Positions 1 to 9,136 of a DNA stretch of 64,000 nt are shown here, piece by piece. Both the position numbers and the translations under genes were made by a program. Origin of the DNA: a virus (lineage: Duplodnaviria > Caudoviricetes); IMG/VR virus record IMGVR_UViG_3300043821_000026, positions 1-64,000 of that record; one strand, written 5' to 3'. Positions within the stretch are counted from its first letter, which is position 1, and each line of letters opens with the position of its first letter. The notes below the pieces were generated by a model. That model saw only the letters and a program-made list of their open reading frames with translations. It made no database searches and was not told where the DNA came from.

Positions 1-1
1 T

Positions 2-799
2 GATACTAAGGCTGTACAATATACAGCTAAAATTGACCCAGAGGAAACTGAACTTATTCGTAAAATTAAAATGGGCTATATTGATTCAGTATCAATTGGA
101 TTTAATTTTGATGCTCATTGTTCAACCTGTGGAAAACCTTTTGGAGAATGTTCACATTGGTTTGGTGACGAAAATGACACTCATATTTTAATGAGAAATA
201 TTGAAATACCAGAATTATCACTAGTGTATGCAGGTGAAGATAGAGATGCAACAGTTAGTGCGGATTTCAGTATTGAAAAATTTAAAAAAGAATTTAAGGA
301 TAAAAAAAGTGATTTTATGACTGAAAAAACTATCGAAGAGTTACAACAAACTGTTTCCGATAAGGAACAAGAAGTTAAAGATGTAACCGAGAAGTTTGAA
401 AAAGAACTTGAAAATAAAACTAAAGAGTTTGAAGCTTTTAAAGAAGACAAACTTAGTGCTATTACAAGATTAACTGCGGAAAGAAATCAATTCGAAAAAG
501 AATTAAAAGAAGCTAATGCAGAATTAGAACAATTCCATCAAGCTGTTGAAGAACAAAAACAAGCAGAACTTGATGCTAAAGTAGATGAAATTTATACTAT
601 CGCAGAAAAACTTAATGTAGCAGATACAATTGATGTTGAAAATGCTGATGAAACTTTTATTGACAGTACCTTAGGTATGTTAAAAGAGTTAGATGAAAAA
701 ACACCACAAATTGGTCAATTTAAAGATGACCAACAAGATGTTTTAGAAAAAGACGATACAAAGAAGTTTCATATAGAAAAATTCTTTAACAAACAATAG
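2..799 (+). CDS. Prohead (capsid maturation) protease with C-terminal coiled-coil scaffold region, 5'-truncated by window edge
   Basis: The frame is open from position 2 (DTKAVQYTAKIDPEETELIRKIKMG...), so the track start at 71 is internal. It carries HK97-type protease motifs 'KMGYIDSVSIGF' and 'ELSLV' plus a CxxC...CxH insert. The acidic coiled-coil C-terminal half begins at MTEKT (ATG 317). Lies upstream of the decoration and capsid genes. Confidence 0.8.
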   Translation, partial: DTKAVQYTAKIDPEETELIRKIKMGYIDSVSIGFNFDAHCSTCGKPFGECSHWFGDENDTHILMRNIEIPELSLVYAGEDRDATVSADFSIEKFKKEFKDKKSDFMTEKTIEELQQTVSDKEQEVKDVTEKFEKELENKTKEFEAFKEDKLSAITRLTAERNQFEKELKEANAELEQFHQAVEEQKQAELDAKVDEIYTIAEKLNVADTIDVENADETFIDSTLGMLKELDEKTPQIGQFKDDQQDVLEKDDTKKFHIEKFFNKQ

Positions 800-808
800 G
801 TGATTTAA

Positions 809-1258
809 ATGGATACAAGTGGTGACCAATTTACTGTTAAAGCTGGAGAAGAAATCGTAGATGCTATTAAAAAATATGGTACTACATCTTCTATCGAAAA
901 AGTAGGTAAAGCTGTATATATAACAGAAGATGGAGCTAAGGTTTCATCTGCAACTACAGACCCTGCTGCATTTGGTGGAATAATATTTGCAGTATCCGGT
1001 GAAGCAGAAACTAATTTAACAAGTAAAGTACCTTATTTTGATGGTAACTATACAATACCAAAAGGTAAATACTTTACAATGGCAAGAAATTGCTTAATTC
1101 ATGTAATGGGTGATGCAACTATCAAAGAAGGAGATATGATTACTCTTGGAGCTGATGGTTCATTTACAAAAACTACTGATGCAACCAAAAAAGTTGGAAC
1201 TGCATATAGTAACCCAAGTTCAAATAATATAATTTACGCTTACATAGGAGCGCAATAG
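809..1258 (+). CDS. Putative head decoration/cement protein
   Basis: 149 aa, between scaffold and MCP. Beta-rich with a 'IKEGDMITLGADGSFTK...VGTA' pattern typical of capsid cement proteins. GGTGA RBS. Confidence 0.6.
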   Translation: MDTSGDQFTVKAGEEIVDAIKKYGTTSSIEKVGKAVYITEDGAKVSSATTDPAAFGGIIFAVSGEAETNLTSKVPYFDGNYTIPKGKYFTMARNCLIHVMGDATIKEGDMITLGADGSFTKTTDATKKVGTAYSNPSSNNIIYAYIGAQ

Positions 1259-1271
1259 GTGAGATGATAAA

Positions 1272-2174
1272 ATGGCAAAAGATTTAGCTGAATTTGCTAA
1301 CGGCTCTGTAAAGATGAATGATAATGCATGGGACCCAGAGCTTAGTACAGATATTATAGAATATATGGAACAAATATCAGATTTCAGACAATTTGTTAGA
1401 ATATTTCCGACAGATAGTTTTGCAGTAGTATTACCAAGACGATGGTCTACTGGTATTGCTGTAGAAGTAGTTGAAGGTTCTGAAATACCTAAAGCACACG
1501 ATGTCTATGATAATATTAACATTAACTTAAGACAAAACGGTACTGGTATTAGAATGACTGATGAAGCTCAAAAAATGATGAAGTTTGACCAAAACTATTT
1601 CCAAAAAGAAGCTCAAAGAGCTGTTGAAAGAATGGCTAAAAAGGAAAATACAGATATCGCTAATGTATTATTAGCTGGTGCTGGATTAACCGTACAATCA
1701 GCAAATAAAGTATTAACATTTGATGATATAGTAGATACTAAAACTATTATGGAAGAAAATCCTTACGGAATGGAACCAAATGTTATATTAATGAGCGCAA
1801 GAAGCTATGCTGATTTAATTAAAGACCCTAACTTTAAAACCTACTCTAATTCTGGAATTGCTGGTGTCGTAACTACTGGTAATATTGGATTAGAAGTAGA
1901 TGGTATGAGTATTATAAAAATACCTGAAGTAGGAGATAATGTTTATTTAATAAACACAGCTGAAGACCCAATATGGTTAGTTCAAAATGGAACTATGAAT
2001 ACTGAAAGTTACAGAATACCTGAAACTCGTGAAGATGCTTTAGATTTAACTTTATATGAAAAACCAGCTGTGCTTAGACCAGACGCAATTGCAAAAATTG
2101 AAATTACTCGTACAGATGAAAAACGAACTTTCCCTGAAGGTTGGGACCCATTAACTGGCTACCCAAATCCCTGA
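1272..2174 (+). CDS. Major capsid protein (HK97 fold)
   Basis: 300 aa with the HK97-like pattern 'AVEVVEGSEIP', 'GIRMTDE', 'PNVILMS..SYADL', 'PAVLRPDAIAKI'. Expected synteny and GGTGA RBS. Ends CCC-TGA. Confidence 0.9.
   Translation: MAKDLAEFANGSVKMNDNAWDPELSTDIIEYMEQISDFRQFVRIFPTDSFAVVLPRRWSTGIAVEVVEGSEIPKAHDVYDNININLRQNGTGIRMTDEAQKMMKFDQNYFQKEAQRAVERMAKKENTDIANVLLAGAGLTVQSANKVLTFDDIVDTKTIMEENPYGMEPNVILMSARSYADLIKDPNFKTYSNSGIAGVVTTGNIGLEVDGMSIIKIPEVGDNVYLINTAEDPIWLVQNGTMNTESYRIPETREDALDLTLYEKPAVLRPDAIAKIEITRTDEKRTFPEGWDPLTGYPNP
2169..2174 (+). other. Putative +1 programmed frameshift site CCC-TGA (shifty stop) at the end of the MCP gene
   Basis: The last codon CCC is followed by TGA. The +1 frame (CCT GAT AAC TCT...) is open from here to 2703. 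Confidence 0.75.
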
Positions 2175-2703
2175 TAACTCTGTCGAGCGAGCCATCAAGT
2201 TTAACGTTACTGATGGCGCAAGTTCCGTAAATGGAGCAACTGTGCAATTATCTAATAACGAGAATACTTATAATGGAACTACTACTAATGGTAGTGTAAC
2301 ATTAAGTAATGTCGTTGATGGCAGTTATACTTATACTGTTACAAAAACTAATTATGATACTGTAACTAAAAGTGTAACAATTTCAGGTGATGAAACAATT
2401 AACGTTACAATGCAAATTAAGACTGGAACAGTATCTATAAGCGTATTAGATGGTACCAACTCTGGAGTAGCAAATGCTGTAATTACATTAACTGATACAA
2501 ATAATAGCAGTAATAAATTCGCTACAAGCAATAGTGGAACAGGTTCATCTGGTGGAGCAACTATCAGTTCTGTAAAATATGGAACATATAAAGTAACTCT
2601 TGATTTAACAAACGCAACAGGATATACAGCTCCTACTAGCATTGATAATTTAGTTGTAGATAGTAGTGCAGAAACATTAAATATTAAAGTAACTAAGAAT
2701 TAA
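2170..2703 (+). CDS. Tandem Ig-like/carboxypeptidase-regulatory-like domains, probably expressed as a C-terminal MCP extension via +1 frameshift
   Basis: The track ORF 2242..2703 has a GTG start and no clear RBS. The frame extends upstream as PDNSVERAIKFNVTDGASSVNGATVQL, completing the first beta-sandwich. It parallels the second domain (VSISVLDGTNSGVANAVITL). Confidence 0.75.
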   Translation, partial: PDNSVERAIKFNVTDGASSVNGATVQLSNNENTYNGTTTNGSVTLSNVVDGSYTYTVTKTNYDTVTKSVTISGDETINVTMQIKTGTVSISVLDGTNSGVANAVITLTDTNNSSNKFATSNSGTGSSGGATISSVKYGTYKVTLDLTNATGYTAPTSIDNLVVDSSAETLNIKVTKN

Positions 2704-2740
2704 GAGTGAATAAATAATTAATTAAGTCGAGGTAAGTAAA

Positions 2741-3124
2741 ATGGCAACAAAGAAAACAAAAGATTCAAGTCAAAAAACAATTAAAATCACATTTAATCCT
2801 TTAAATAGTGCGGCAATGGAAAAGGTAGTTTTATTAAAGAAAACTAGTGTTCAATTAGTAAACGGAGTTCAACAATCTGTGATAGAAGATTTAATTGAGG
2901 GATTACCACAAGTCTTTAGTGTTAAAAAAGACGAAATAGTTGAAGTAACTCCTGAACAATTTAAACAATTATATCAATTAGGTTTTGTTGAAACTGAAGC
3001 TGAAAGAGAAGCTAGAATTAATGAAGAAAAAGAATTGCCTTCTCAATTTGGTGTTGACCCAGATGTTAAAACAACAAGTCAACTAAATGACCTTTATAAA
3101 GATAAGTTCTTAATGGTTGAATAA
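2741..3124 (+). CDS. Hypothetical virion-associated protein
   Basis: 127-aa ORF with GAGGT RBS in the head-neck region. No recognisable motif. Confidence 0.6.
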   Translation: MATKKTKDSSQKTIKITFNPLNSAAMEKVVLLKKTSVQLVNGVQQSVIEDLIEGLPQVFSVKKDEIVEVTPEQFKQLYQLGFVETEAEREARINEEKELPSQFGVDPDVKTTSQLNDLYKDKFLMVE

Positions 3125-3951
3125 TGATGATAGATATAGCATATATACGACAAACATTACAACTACCTGATACTTTATTAGATACAACTATTAGTTATCT
3201 AATAAAACATTATTATGAGTATTTAGTTGAAATGATGAATTTAGATACAACAATGGAAAAAGAAGGTATTAGTACTGAAATAGTTAAAGACAATACTATA
3301 CCAGAAAATCCTTTGATAGATAGTAAATTAACAGTATTTCAACAAACACTTATTTTAGGTATAGCTTGTAATTTAAGTAATATGCAAATATCTATTAACA
3401 ATATTAATGACATTGAATATAATTATTTCATACAACATATTGATTTAACTAATATAAAATTAACAGATGATGGAATAAGATATATCTTAGATTGGTGTAT
3501 ATTATATAATTCTTATTTAGCTATTTTAAAAACTTATTCAACTGATTATTCAACTGTTGATTATATCAGAAGATTATTTAATCTTGATGATGAATTAATA
3601 CCTGATAATCAAATTGAGTTTTTATTAGACCACTATACAAATTTAGTAAAGGATAAATTAGGTGATAAAGCTGATGTAAATAGTGCTACTTTTAAAGAAG
3701 TTGTATATTTAGGTATAGCTTGTCAATTGTTTAAAACAAATCCAACAGCTATTATCAGTCCTAAGGAATATGAAGTTGGTGATGTAAGTGAAACATTTGA
3801 TACTTCATTTACTAAATCAGCAGATACTTGGTGTGATATGTATGATGATGCACTTAATGATTTAATAGCAGATACTGAAGGATTTCATGGCTTTAAAGCT
3901 TTTGGAAGAGGAAGCGCACGGGAGAAATATGGATATTACGGCCCTCAATAA
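3124..3951 (+). CDS. Putative head-tail adaptor with internally duplicated helical domain
   Basis: Expected position after MCP. Two homologous halves (YIR..L.L.D.L...I..L..HY...F.....LGIAC.L...WC..Y). C-terminal 'EYEVGDVSETF' resembles gp15/gp6-type adaptors. Confidence 0.6.
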   Translation: MMIDIAYIRQTLQLPDTLLDTTISYLIKHYYEYLVEMMNLDTTMEKEGISTEIVKDNTIPENPLIDSKLTVFQQTLILGIACNLSNMQISINNINDIEYNYFIQHIDLTNIKLTDDGIRYILDWCILYNSYLAILKTYSTDYSTVDYIRRLFNLDDELIPDNQIEFLLDHYTNLVKDKLGDKADVNSATFKEVVYLGIACQLFKTNPTAIISPKEYEVGDVSETFDTSFTKSADTWCDMYDDALNDLIADTEGFHGFKAFGRGSAREKYGYYGPQ

Positions 3952-4366
3952 AATTATTAAAAGACCAACTGAAAAATATATTTTACAAAAAAAGGTAGAT
4001 TATATAGTAGATAATACTAATAATATATTAAAAGATGAAGTTGGTAATATTATTACTAAAGATGAAGTTGGTAATATTGAATCTGAATGGAAAGATTTAA
4101 TAACTTTAGAGGGTGTGATTCAACTTAAACAAATATCTAATATTGATAATTCCGGTGAAGAAAGCGCAATACAATACGTTGGATATTTTAATCCAAAAAA
4201 ATTTAATATCGAAACAGATAATTTATCAAGCTATCGTGTAAAAATTATTCGTGATTATGAAATTGTTATTTTAAAAATAACAGAATTTAATCCAAATTTA
4301 TTTTTACGAAATGATAAGCACCATTATAAAATGGGTTTTGTGGAGGATAAAAAATATGGTAAGTAA
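3929..4366 (+). CDS. Putative head closure/stopper protein
   Basis: Synteny and the 'DEVGNIESEW' pattern. Start moved to ATG 3929, which follows a GGAG RBS (track start 3887). Confidence 0.55.
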   Translation: MDITALNKIIKRPTEKYILQKKVDYIVDNTNNILKDEVGNIITKDEVGNIESEWKDLITLEGVIQLKQISNIDNSGEESAIQYVGYFNPKKFNIETDNLSSYRVKIIRDYEIVILKITEFNPNLFLRNDKHHYKMGFVEDKKYGK

Positions 4367-5042
4367 AAATGGATTTAGTTCTATTAAATCAAAATACCCA
4401 TCTTTATTTAGTCCACAAGGTAATGTACATATGAGTTTTTACCCAATAGATACTTGGAGTGCTTTATTTATTATAGATGATGTTATAAGTAATACTTGTA
4501 ACTCTAAAACTAATAATGTTAAAGCTAAAGCCGCAGCTAGTGCTACTAAGGTATTTATAGACGAAGCACAGCAAAACTTTACCAAAGTTGGTTTACGTAG
4601 TTCTGGTAATCCATATGGTGAAAGTGATGATATGTATAATAAATTTTTTGGTCAAATTAATGATAAAGGATATTTAGTATTAGGTAATAGTGCGATAAAT
4701 CCTGCAAATGGCCAACCATATCCTGCTCATTTAGAATTTGGTTATAATGCACATGGTACAAGAGTTGGTCCTTATAATTATATTAGACCTGCTGTATATA
4801 AGGCAGCAGAAAAATATCGTCAAGAATTAAGTCGAGATACTATGTTAGAAGTCCAAAAAATGATTGCTTTACGAAGTGTATATGCTAATGTTTTATCTGC
4901 GATACCACCAAATAAAAGCAAAACTGTAAGAGTTGGCGATTTTGAAACATACGATTCAGATTTAGGTCCCGGCTCAACATATACTACACCAACATATGGT
5001 AGTCAATATAGTATGCCTACAACATATCCAAAGAGTTTTTAA
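4356..5042 (+). CDS. Putative neck/tail-completion protein (HK97 gp10-like)
   Basis: Motif 'YPAHLEFG....GPYNYIRPAV' typical of gp10-like neck proteins. Start moved to ATG 4356 after GGAGG. Confidence 0.6.
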   Translation: MVSKNGFSSIKSKYPSLFSPQGNVHMSFYPIDTWSALFIIDDVISNTCNSKTNNVKAKAAASATKVFIDEAQQNFTKVGLRSSGNPYGESDDMYNKFFGQINDKGYLVLGNSAINPANGQPYPAHLEFGYNAHGTRVGPYNYIRPAVYKAAEKYRQELSRDTMLEVQKMIALRSVYANVLSAIPPNKSKTVRVGDFETYDSDLGPGSTYTTPTYGSQYSMPTTYPKSF

Positions 5043-5043
5043 A

Positions 5044-5814
5044 ATGAAAACAAGAAATGAAGTAATTTATTCAGTTCGTGAAATTATTGGAGATGAAACT
5101 CCAGAAGGGTTTTTTACTATTTTAGATGATGGTACAAAGGTTCCAAATTATCTATTTAAAGATGGTAAAAGTATATATCCAGAAATTAGAATATCTCCAT
5201 TTATTGATAATCAAGAAAGAACTATGTTGGAATCTAAATTATGTAGTGCATGGAGAAACTTTAAGGATATTTATAAAGGTAAATTTCAAATTGATATTTT
5301 TTCTACCAATATACCTCAATTAAATAAAATCTGTAGAGAGATTGAAACTCGTATAAAAGATTTTACAGATGTTGAGGCAATTTTATACGATTATACACCA
5401 GATTTTGTTCAAATTGGTGATTATTATAAAAATACTATATATGATAAAGAAAATTTTAATATTGGTTGGTTAAGTATTGATGGAATTATGTTAAAATCAG
5501 TATCTAATATAGATGAGTTAGTTGAAAATTCATGGTTTATTAGTAATGATGGTTTATATGTCAAAACTGACTTAGATATTACAAAGTTAAAAGTATTATG
5601 TATATATGGTGGAAGATTCTTTAATAATCATGACAGCTTATATCGTCGTGGAATATTTTCTTTAAGAATTTCAAATACACAAAATTTAAGTGCATTAGAA
5701 AATAATGAAGTAGAAAGAATTATTATAGAAATAGATATTATATATGGATTAGATAGACCTCGTAAAGATGGTCCTTTAGTTGATAATATAAATATAGGTG
5801 CTAAAGATGGCTAG
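5044..5814 (+). CDS. Putative tail terminator protein
   Basis: Located shortly upstream of the sheath gene. 'FQIDIFS...LNKICREIE' pattern of tail terminators. ATG 5044 follows the previous stop directly. Confidence 0.5.
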   Translation: MKTRNEVIYSVREIIGDETPEGFFTILDDGTKVPNYLFKDGKSIYPEIRISPFIDNQERTMLESKLCSAWRNFKDIYKGKFQIDIFSTNIPQLNKICREIETRIKDFTDVEAILYDYTPDFVQIGDYYKNTIYDKENFNIGWLSIDGIMLKSVSNIDELVENSWFISNDGLYVKTDLDITKLKVLCIYGGRFFNNHDSLYRRGIFSLRISNTQNLSALENNEVERIIIEIDIIYGLDRPRKDGPLVDNINIGAKDG

Positions 5815-6070
5815 ACAAAAAAAAGAAGAAAATAAAGATAATGAAATTAATACTACTTCTCCTACTATCAAAAAACAAGAAGAAGTTAAGAAAGTAGAAA
5901 AAGTTAAAACTACTAATGAACCTAAATATCCAGCTAAAAAATTAGCTGATGAAATAGGTATACATAGATTTGACTTTGATACAATTTCAAAATTAAAAAA
6001 TATAAAATATGATGATTTAATAACTAAATCAGAGTTAGTAGAATTATATAATAAAATACTAAGAAGATGA
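5807..6070 (+). CDS. Small hypothetical protein preceding tail sheath
   Basis: Lys/Glu-rich 87-aa ORF. ATG 5807 follows a GGTG RBS. Confidence 0.55.
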   Translation: MARQKKEENKDNEINTTSPTIKKQEEVKKVEKVKTTNEPKYPAKKLADEIGIHRFDFDTISKLKNIKYDDLITKSELVELYNKILRR

Positions 6071-6074
6071 AAAT

Positions 6075-7730
6075 ATGGTAAAAGGAATTCCTTATATTAG
6101 AATAAAAACTAGTAGCGATAAAGCATACGATAAACCAGACCATACCTATTTATGGGGAACTATTGTAGAGTCTACAAGAGGTCCTGTTAATACTCCAACT
6201 TTTGTGGAAAGTAAAGAACATGCTAAACAATTATTTGGTGTTAACTTAGACCCATTCTTTGACAATGGTGGTCGTGGATTAATGGTTATTCGTGCTGGTA
6301 TTGAAGATGAAACTCGTAAAATTACTAAAGGAAGTTTAGATTTACAAGCTAAAATGGACTATTCAATGGTAATGGAAGATGGTGCGGAATCTACAGCTGT
6401 AAGTAAGACAGCAGAAACAATTATAAAATTAGAAAATAATAATCCGGGTAGTAATAAAACAACAGTAACATTTACTACATATCCTCGTGGTGGATACTCT
6501 ATCAAAATATCAACCGATAATTTTGTCACCATTAATATACAAGGTGCTAAAACATTACAAAAATTAGTTGATACAATTAATAAAAAATCTTACACACTTA
6601 CTGCTACATTAACTGAAAGTGGTAAAATTTTTGATAGATTAATGACAGGTAAAACCAATCCTGACGGAGAACCAACTCAAAAAGGTCAAATTACATCTAT
6701 TACTAAAGATGGTAATAAAATTATTGATATCTTAGAACCAGCAGCTACTTTTGCTGGAACAGATGGTATATATGATACTGTTAATGATTGTATACCTAAT
6801 AATACTGAACCTTATTATGCTTTACAAGCTCATACTAATGCTTTAGAATTATTTGATAACATCAGAGTAGCTGGTGTATTTTGTATAAGACCAGAATCAG
6901 ATATTCAAAATGCTTACATATATCATTCAGCAAAAATGAGTACTGATGATGTATGTAGATGGAGATATGCTGTTATTGGCGCTAATGATGCAGATATATC
7001 AACTGTTGATGAAAACTTAAATCCTAGCATTGAAGGTTTATTAAGTAGAGCATTATTATGTGATAGTCAATATATTATATATATTGGACAAGGTGCTTAT
7101 GATTATGATGGTAATTATATCCCTGCATATAAAATGCCGATGTATTGGGCTGGATTAAGAAGTAAATTATCTTATGGTATTTCTATGTTTGGTGGAGATA
7201 CAGAAAAGGTTTTATATAGCTATTCATATGATGAAAATGAAAATAAACCTTTATATGATGTTGCTCCATTATTAAAAGGAGAAACTACTGTTCCTTTCGA
7301 ACCAGATACATATGTGGCATTAAATGAAGGCGGAGTTGTAACTTTGAAGAAAGAATATGACACCGTCACTTTTAGAGAAGGTGTTACTACAATGCAAACT
7401 GGTAACGATTATGGTACAGAAGAATCTGTAGTAAATATCGTTAAATATGCTCTTGACCAAACATACGATGTATGTTATTCATATCAAGGTAAAAATTTAG
7501 TTAGCTCATTAAAAGCATCTCTTGAAGAAGCTATTAAAGTAAAATTAAATGATATGCAAACATTTGACCAAACTTTAGTTGATGTTGAATCAGATAGTAT
7601 TAAAGCTTATGATGTTAGTGTTATCGTAACCCCTAGAGCAGGTCAAAAAGTTGGTAAAATATATGTTAATCTTAAGATTACTCCAGTATATGCTTTAAGA
7701 CAAATTGAAGCAAGTGTAATCGTACAATAA
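6075..7730 (+). CDS. Contractile tail sheath protein
   Basis: 551 aa. N-terminal 'RGPVNTPTFVES...FG...FFDNGG' and C-terminal 'LNEGGV...FREGVTT...IYVNLKITPVYALRQI' sheath motifs. Confidence 0.9.
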   Translation: MVKGIPYIRIKTSSDKAYDKPDHTYLWGTIVESTRGPVNTPTFVESKEHAKQLFGVNLDPFFDNGGRGLMVIRAGIEDETRKITKGSLDLQAKMDYSMVMEDGAESTAVSKTAETIIKLENNNPGSNKTTVTFTTYPRGGYSIKISTDNFVTINIQGAKTLQKLVDTINKKSYTLTATLTESGKIFDRLMTGKTNPDGEPTQKGQITSITKDGNKIIDILEPAATFAGTDGIYDTVNDCIPNNTEPYYALQAHTNALELFDNIRVAGVFCIRPESDIQNAYIYHSAKMSTDDVCRWRYAVIGANDADISTVDENLNPSIEGLLSRALLCDSQYIIYIGQGAYDYDGNYIPAYKMPMYWAGLRSKLSYGISMFGGDTEKVLYSYSYDENENKPLYDVAPLLKGETTVPFEPDTYVALNEGGVVTLKKEYDTVTFREGVTTMQTGNDYGTEESVVNIVKYALDQTYDVCYSYQGKNLVSSLKASLEEAIKVKLNDMQTFDQTLVDVESDSIKAYDVSVIVTPRAGQKVGKIYVNLKITPVYALRQIEASVIVQ

Positions 7731-7743
7731 GGAGGAATAGAAA

Positions 7744-8181
7744 ATGGCTAACCCAGTATATTTTGAAACAGGATATATAGTAATTGGTTCTAAACAATTT
7801 AGAGTACAAGAAATTACTGTTAACGCAACTAGAGATTTAAATCCATATTATGTTAGTGATTCAAAAGAACCATTAAGTATAAGAGCAGGTCGTAAGAAAA
7901 TTGAATTCACTTGTAAAAGAGCATTTTCAGATGCTATCTTAGCAAAAATGTATGAATACGATTGTGAATTTACTATGATTTTATTTAATGCAGACCCTGA
8001 TACAGACCAAAAATTAATGACATTAAATAAATGTAGACTTTCTCAAGATAACATTGGGCCTATTAATGGTCAAGATGTTGTTATGGAAGATATTCAAGGT
8101 CAAGCAGGAAGTAGAAGTTTAGATTTCGATGAAATCAACGCTGCTGTAGCTGCTGCTTGTAACTTATCTAGTAATAGTTAA
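7744..8181 (+). CDS. Tail tube protein
   Basis: 145-aa beta-rich ORF directly after sheath. AGGAGG RBS. Confidence 0.8.
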   Translation: MANPVYFETGYIVIGSKQFRVQEITVNATRDLNPYYVSDSKEPLSIRAGRKKIEFTCKRAFSDAILAKMYEYDCEFTMILFNADPDTDQKLMTLNKCRLSQDNIGPINGQDVVMEDIQGQAGSRSLDFDEINAAVAAACNLSSNS

Positions 8182-8182
8182 G

Positions 8183-8213
8183 AAGGAGATTTTATTCTCC
8201 TTATATTTTTTTT
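8183..8213 (+). terminator. Hairpin + T-run after tail tube gene
   Basis: AAGGAGA (8183-8189) pairs with TCTCCTT (8196-8202), followed by a T8 run (8206-8213). Confidence 0.6.
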
Positions 8214-8215
8214 AT

Positions 8216-8250
8216 AAAAATTTTTTTTATTTATATAGTACATAATTAAA
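8216..8250 (+). promoter_or_regulatory. Repeated viral promoter copy P1 (archaeal TATA box)
   Basis: AAAAA-T-rich spacer-TTATATA (8231-8237)-GTACA. The same layout recurs at four other intergenic sites. Confidence 0.6.
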
Positions 8251-8283
8251 TATTATATTAACGATTAATTTCGAGGTTAAAAA

Positions 8284-8847
8284 ATGGTAGATAAAATATT
8301 TGATAAATCAAATCTTAATGAAAAAAGCGAAGATGAAAATAAAGATATTTTCGATGATGTAGCAACTGCGGATGAACAAATAAATACTAATGCAACTGCG
8401 GATGAAATACTTAAGCAAATGCAAGACGAAGTAGATAAAAAATCTAAACAAAGAAAACAAAAACGTTTAGATGAATATAAATCAGTTGCGGCAACAAAAT
8501 CTGCATTATTTTCAAGAACTGGTAAATTAATAGATATACCTATACCTATTAATGATGATGAAATAATGATTTTTAAAGTTAGAAGATTATCTGAAGCTGA
8601 TAATTCTGATATTCTCGACCGTTCATTAGCTGTTAAAAGTTTAGAAAATATGACTGCTGAAGAATTAGAAGAATCAAATGAATATAATTTTAGATTATTA
8701 GAAAAAGCAGTTGTTGAGCCTAAAATGACCGCAACTGATTGGAAGCGTGTTGATACTGCATTAATGAGAGAATTGGTTACAAAAATTAGTGATGTATTAA
8801 GCAATGTTGATGATACTGTATTATATGAAGATTTTAGAAAAAAGTAA
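8284..8847 (+). CDS. Tail assembly chaperone (gpG-like)
   Basis: Between tube and tape measure. 'FKVRRLS...AVVEPKMT' pattern. Ends in slippery A-AAA-AAG-TAA. Confidence 0.8.
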   Translation: MVDKIFDKSNLNEKSEDENKDIFDDVATADEQINTNATADEILKQMQDEVDKKSKQRKQKRLDEYKSVAATKSALFSRTGKLIDIPIPINDDEIMIFKVRRLSEADNSDILDRSLAVKSLENMTAEELEESNEYNFRLLEKAVVEPKMTATDWKRVDTALMRELVTKISDVLSNVDDTVLYEDFRKK

Positions 8848-9029
8848 GGGAAGATAGCGAATTTCAAATGGATTATTTCTTATGTAGAATATTAGGAAAA
8901 ACTCCGGGTCAAATTCGAGAATTGGAACTTCGAGGTTTATTAACACCAGAGCAAAAAATATTCCTTATAGCAGGAATGGAGTATGAATTTGAATTATCTG
9001 GCGAACGAGGACCTATGTTCTTTTTGTAA
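8838..9029 (+). CDS. -1 frameshift extension of tail assembly chaperone (gpGT-like); not in the ORF track
   Basis: Heptamer A AAA AAG at 8838-8844. The -1 frame reads VREDSEFQMDYFLCRILGKTPGQIRELELRGLLTPEQKIFLIAGMEYEFELSGERGPMFFL* (61 aa, stop 9027-9029). Confidence 0.8.
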   Translation, partial: KKVREDSEFQMDYFLCRILGKTPGQIRELELRGLLTPEQKIFLIAGMEYEFELSGERGPMFFL

Positions 9030-9034
9030 ATATT

Positions 9035-9071
9035 AAAGCCAAGCAATTAGTAGTTGCTTGGCTTTTTTTTT
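9035..9071 (+). terminator. Hairpin + T-run after the chaperone extension
   Basis: AAAGCCAAGCAA (9035-9046) / TTGCTTGGCTTT (9054-9065) form a perfect 12-bp stem running into a T-run. It starts 6 nt after the -1-frame stop. Confidence 0.75.
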
Positions 9072-9107
9072 AAAAATTTTATTATTTATATACAACAAAA
9101 AATAGAT
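9072..9107 (+). promoter_or_regulatory. Repeated viral promoter copy P2
   Basis: AAAAA-TTTTATTAT-TTATATA (9086-9092)-CAACAAAAAATAGA, then GAGGT RBS of the tape measure gene. Confidence 0.65.
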
Positions 9108-9136
9108 ATTTATTTAATTTTAAAGAGGTTTAAAAA

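Noticed and set aside
4031-4078. 21-bp direct repeat in the head-closure gene as an att or recombination site
   Set aside because: It is an in-frame 9-codon-offset duplication (KDEVGNI x2) with no associated integrase or boundary.
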